From: Vicugna vicugna
Lineage: Eukaryota
Direction of reading: 5' to 3'
DNA: 64,000 nt
Assembly (NCBI GenBank): GCA_013265495.1
Contig: MU058636.1
Location: 2,901,967-2,965,966, forward strand
In this document: one piece after another, positions 61,641 to 64,000 of the stretch
How positions within the stretch are numbered: position 1 is the first letter of the stretch
Layout of the letters: every line of letters starts with the position of its first letter
Program-made: the position numbers and the translations under genes
The notes under the pieces: model-generated
What the model was told of the DNA's origin: nothing
What the model saw: only the letters and a program-made list of their open reading frames with translations
Databases searched by the model: none

Positions 61641-64000
61641 CACCTCCCAGATACACACCTCCAGGCCAGACTCCTCTGTCGCCCCTGCCACTGTGGTAGC
61701 CAAAGACATCTCAGAGCCAAACACCCAAGACTGAAGCCGTGATCTCTCCCAGATTTGTTCCACTTCCAGTACTTCCTTTCTCGGGGAAAGGCACTGCCGT
61801 CTATCCGTCTGTGCAAGCCACAAACCCGGGAGCCACCCCCGGCTCGTAAGGCAGGCAGCCTCGTTCCTTCACAAGCCCGCCCTGCTGCGGCGCCCCCGGG
61901 GCAGAGCTTAGCTCCCTGCCCACCGTTTTTCGGCTTTGCCCCTCGGCCTCCTCAGGCCGACAGAATGTGAGCAGACACTTCTTAGGCCTCATGTAGCCGG
62001 AGGCTTGAAACGTGCTGGTGTGTGTTTGGCTTGCCTTTGTCCTTCCGCCCTCCGCCGTGGAAGAGCTCGCCCCGCCGGGGAACTAAAGGTCCTAGAATGA
62101 AAGGCACAGGAATCACCCACAACCAGAAGCAGAGATGCCCCAACCAACCTGCAGGCCTAAAACAGGAAAAATAAATGATCATTGTCACCACTGAGAACTT
62201 GGCGTTGTTTGTTATTCAGCGTTACAGAGGAAACCACCATAACTCTTGGTTACTCCGCTACCGTGGAAACCTGATTAGGAAAATGATGTTGTGCTTCCAG
62301 AGCCGCTCCTCCTTTGGTCCTGTCAGTGTATCTCAGTCACTTCTCTCCATCTCCAGTGCCACCATTATCTTAGCCCAACTGGAGCCAATATTTGCCTGGA
62401 CCACTGCAAAACCCTGCCTGGCCACACACCTCTGCTCTGCCCCCTTGGCATGTGGGTCTCCACCCCGCAGCCACACTGACCTTTGAAAAGAGCCAGTCGC
62501 ATTTTTAAGGAGGGTGGGTTTTGCCACTCTCTTGGCCCGGGTGATTCTCACACTGTCACTGGTGTACAGATAACAGAGCCACTGTTCCCCACTGGGTGTA
62601 ACCTGGGTGTGACCTGGTTACTCTTACCATCCTCTCTGGGGGGAGAACTTACGTGTGTCATGAGCCTTTGAACTGAGGGCAACAGTTGGAATGGGCTGAA
62701 AAAGGATGAAGTCACACTTGCTGGGCTCCTGATGGGGGCAGGCAGGCTGTGAGAAAGATGGCACCTCAGCCCAGTGCCCTCCCACCGGTGTAGACAGGCT
62801 GCTGTTGGCTAGGGTCCCTCCTGGCCCCCGGAGCTTCTGGGGCAGAGGCTGGGCAGTCTCTCCACACACACCCTTCTCTCTCTCTGGTTTTTGCAGGCCA
62901 GCGAAGTCCCTCTGGCCTCAGGGCCAGTGCTCCGTCCCTCCCTCTCGGCCACAGTCCAGTTTGTGACCTACTGACTTTAGCTGACCTTCAACTCCTGCTC
63001 TCTTCAAGACTCTGCCTTTCATCTCTCTAGAGGCCCTGCTCCCACAGCTGCCATCCCGCGAGTGGAAGTCAGTGGCCAAACTCGACCCCGTCTTTGTCTT
63101 TGTCTTCCGGGAAAGCACAGCCTTAGTCCTCCCCGGGAACAGCCGTGCTGGTTTAGGAGTGCAAAAACCAAAAGCACAGGGAGAATGTATTTGAAAGATA
63201 ACTCAGTGCATGATCATGTGACTGCCCCTCTCCTACATAAAACTATTCAATAGCTTCCTGCTGATCTTAAAGAATAAAACCGTAAACATGGCTCCAAAGA
63301 GCCCACACGGTCTGGCTTTGGCCTTCTTTTCCAGCTGTCCGCCTGGAGATTTGAACTCCAGCCCCTCTGGCCTGCTTCCTGAGCCTTGGAGAATCCATGC
63401 CCCCTCTCCCACCGAGTCCTCCTTCCTCTTGGAAGCACCTCTCACCCACCCAGTCTCTGTGATGAACTCCCATAGCCTGACTCCTTTTATTTGAGGAATT
63501 TCTTTTACTTGCTAGACTATGGTCACCATCTCTCTCTCCCTGCATCGTCGGATGCGAGAGAACTAAGAGATGGTCGTCTTTATCATTGCTGGTCTTCAGT
63601 GAATGAATGAACGAATGAATGGGATAGATGGGTAAGTGGAGGATGCAGGGATGGGAGTTACTAGTTACATCAATCGTGCAACTCTGGGTCCTAATCCAAT
63701 TTGATCCATCAAAGTGAGCAATGAGCAGACACAGCCTGATGAATGGTCAGAATATATAGCTGCCTACTGGGGACCATTTGAAATGGAAAAATTAAGTCCT
63801 CCCAAATCACCTGCTCCCATCCTCTGAAAATTTTACCACTTTGTGTTATTCCTTTGTACTGGTCTTCAAGAAATCTTTTACTGAAATGCCAAGAATTCCA
63901 GGAGCCTTCAGTCCCCATGAACTACACTTCAGACAGCAGAATTCACAGCTGAGTCCCTGGAGATCAGGGGGAGGAGGAGGAAGGGCAAGCAGGAGAAACA

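Noticed and set aside
1..64000. tRNA/rRNA/snRNA genes, CRISPR arrays, processed pseudogenes, proviral gag/pol/env, operon-like systems
   Set aside because: None recognisable by eye; the LTRs are solo, and the window is mammalian promoter plus intergenic DNA

Overview
Mammalian genomic DNA, probably camelid: it carries cetartiodactyl-type L1 3' ends, and I recognised no Alu, B1, PRE-1, CHR or Bov SINEs. Bases 1-~1000 are a CpG island holding the promoter, non-coding exon 1 and start of intron 1 of SLC7A1 (CAT-1, cationic amino acid transporter) on the minus strand. The gene is recognised from its 5' leader, the exon-1 AARE (TGATGAAAC) and the intron-1 element (TGATGCAAC). The remaining ~63 kb is upstream intergenic DNA with no credible protein-coding exon. 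It is dominated by decayed L1, L2, MIR, MaLR/ERV LTRs and hAT DNA transposons, interleaved with unique CpG-retaining blocks that look like distal enhancers and CTCF sites. I see no new multi-gene system. The most interesting signals are a uORF cut to 10 codons, a second 'ATF4 site + ATG + splice donor' module in intron 1, motif clusters (GATA/KLF, AP-1/ARE, UPRE/MEF2, PBX-HOX), orientation-biased CTCF candidates and a solo LTR with an intact promoter. Repeat families and boundaries were assigned by eye and are approximate.
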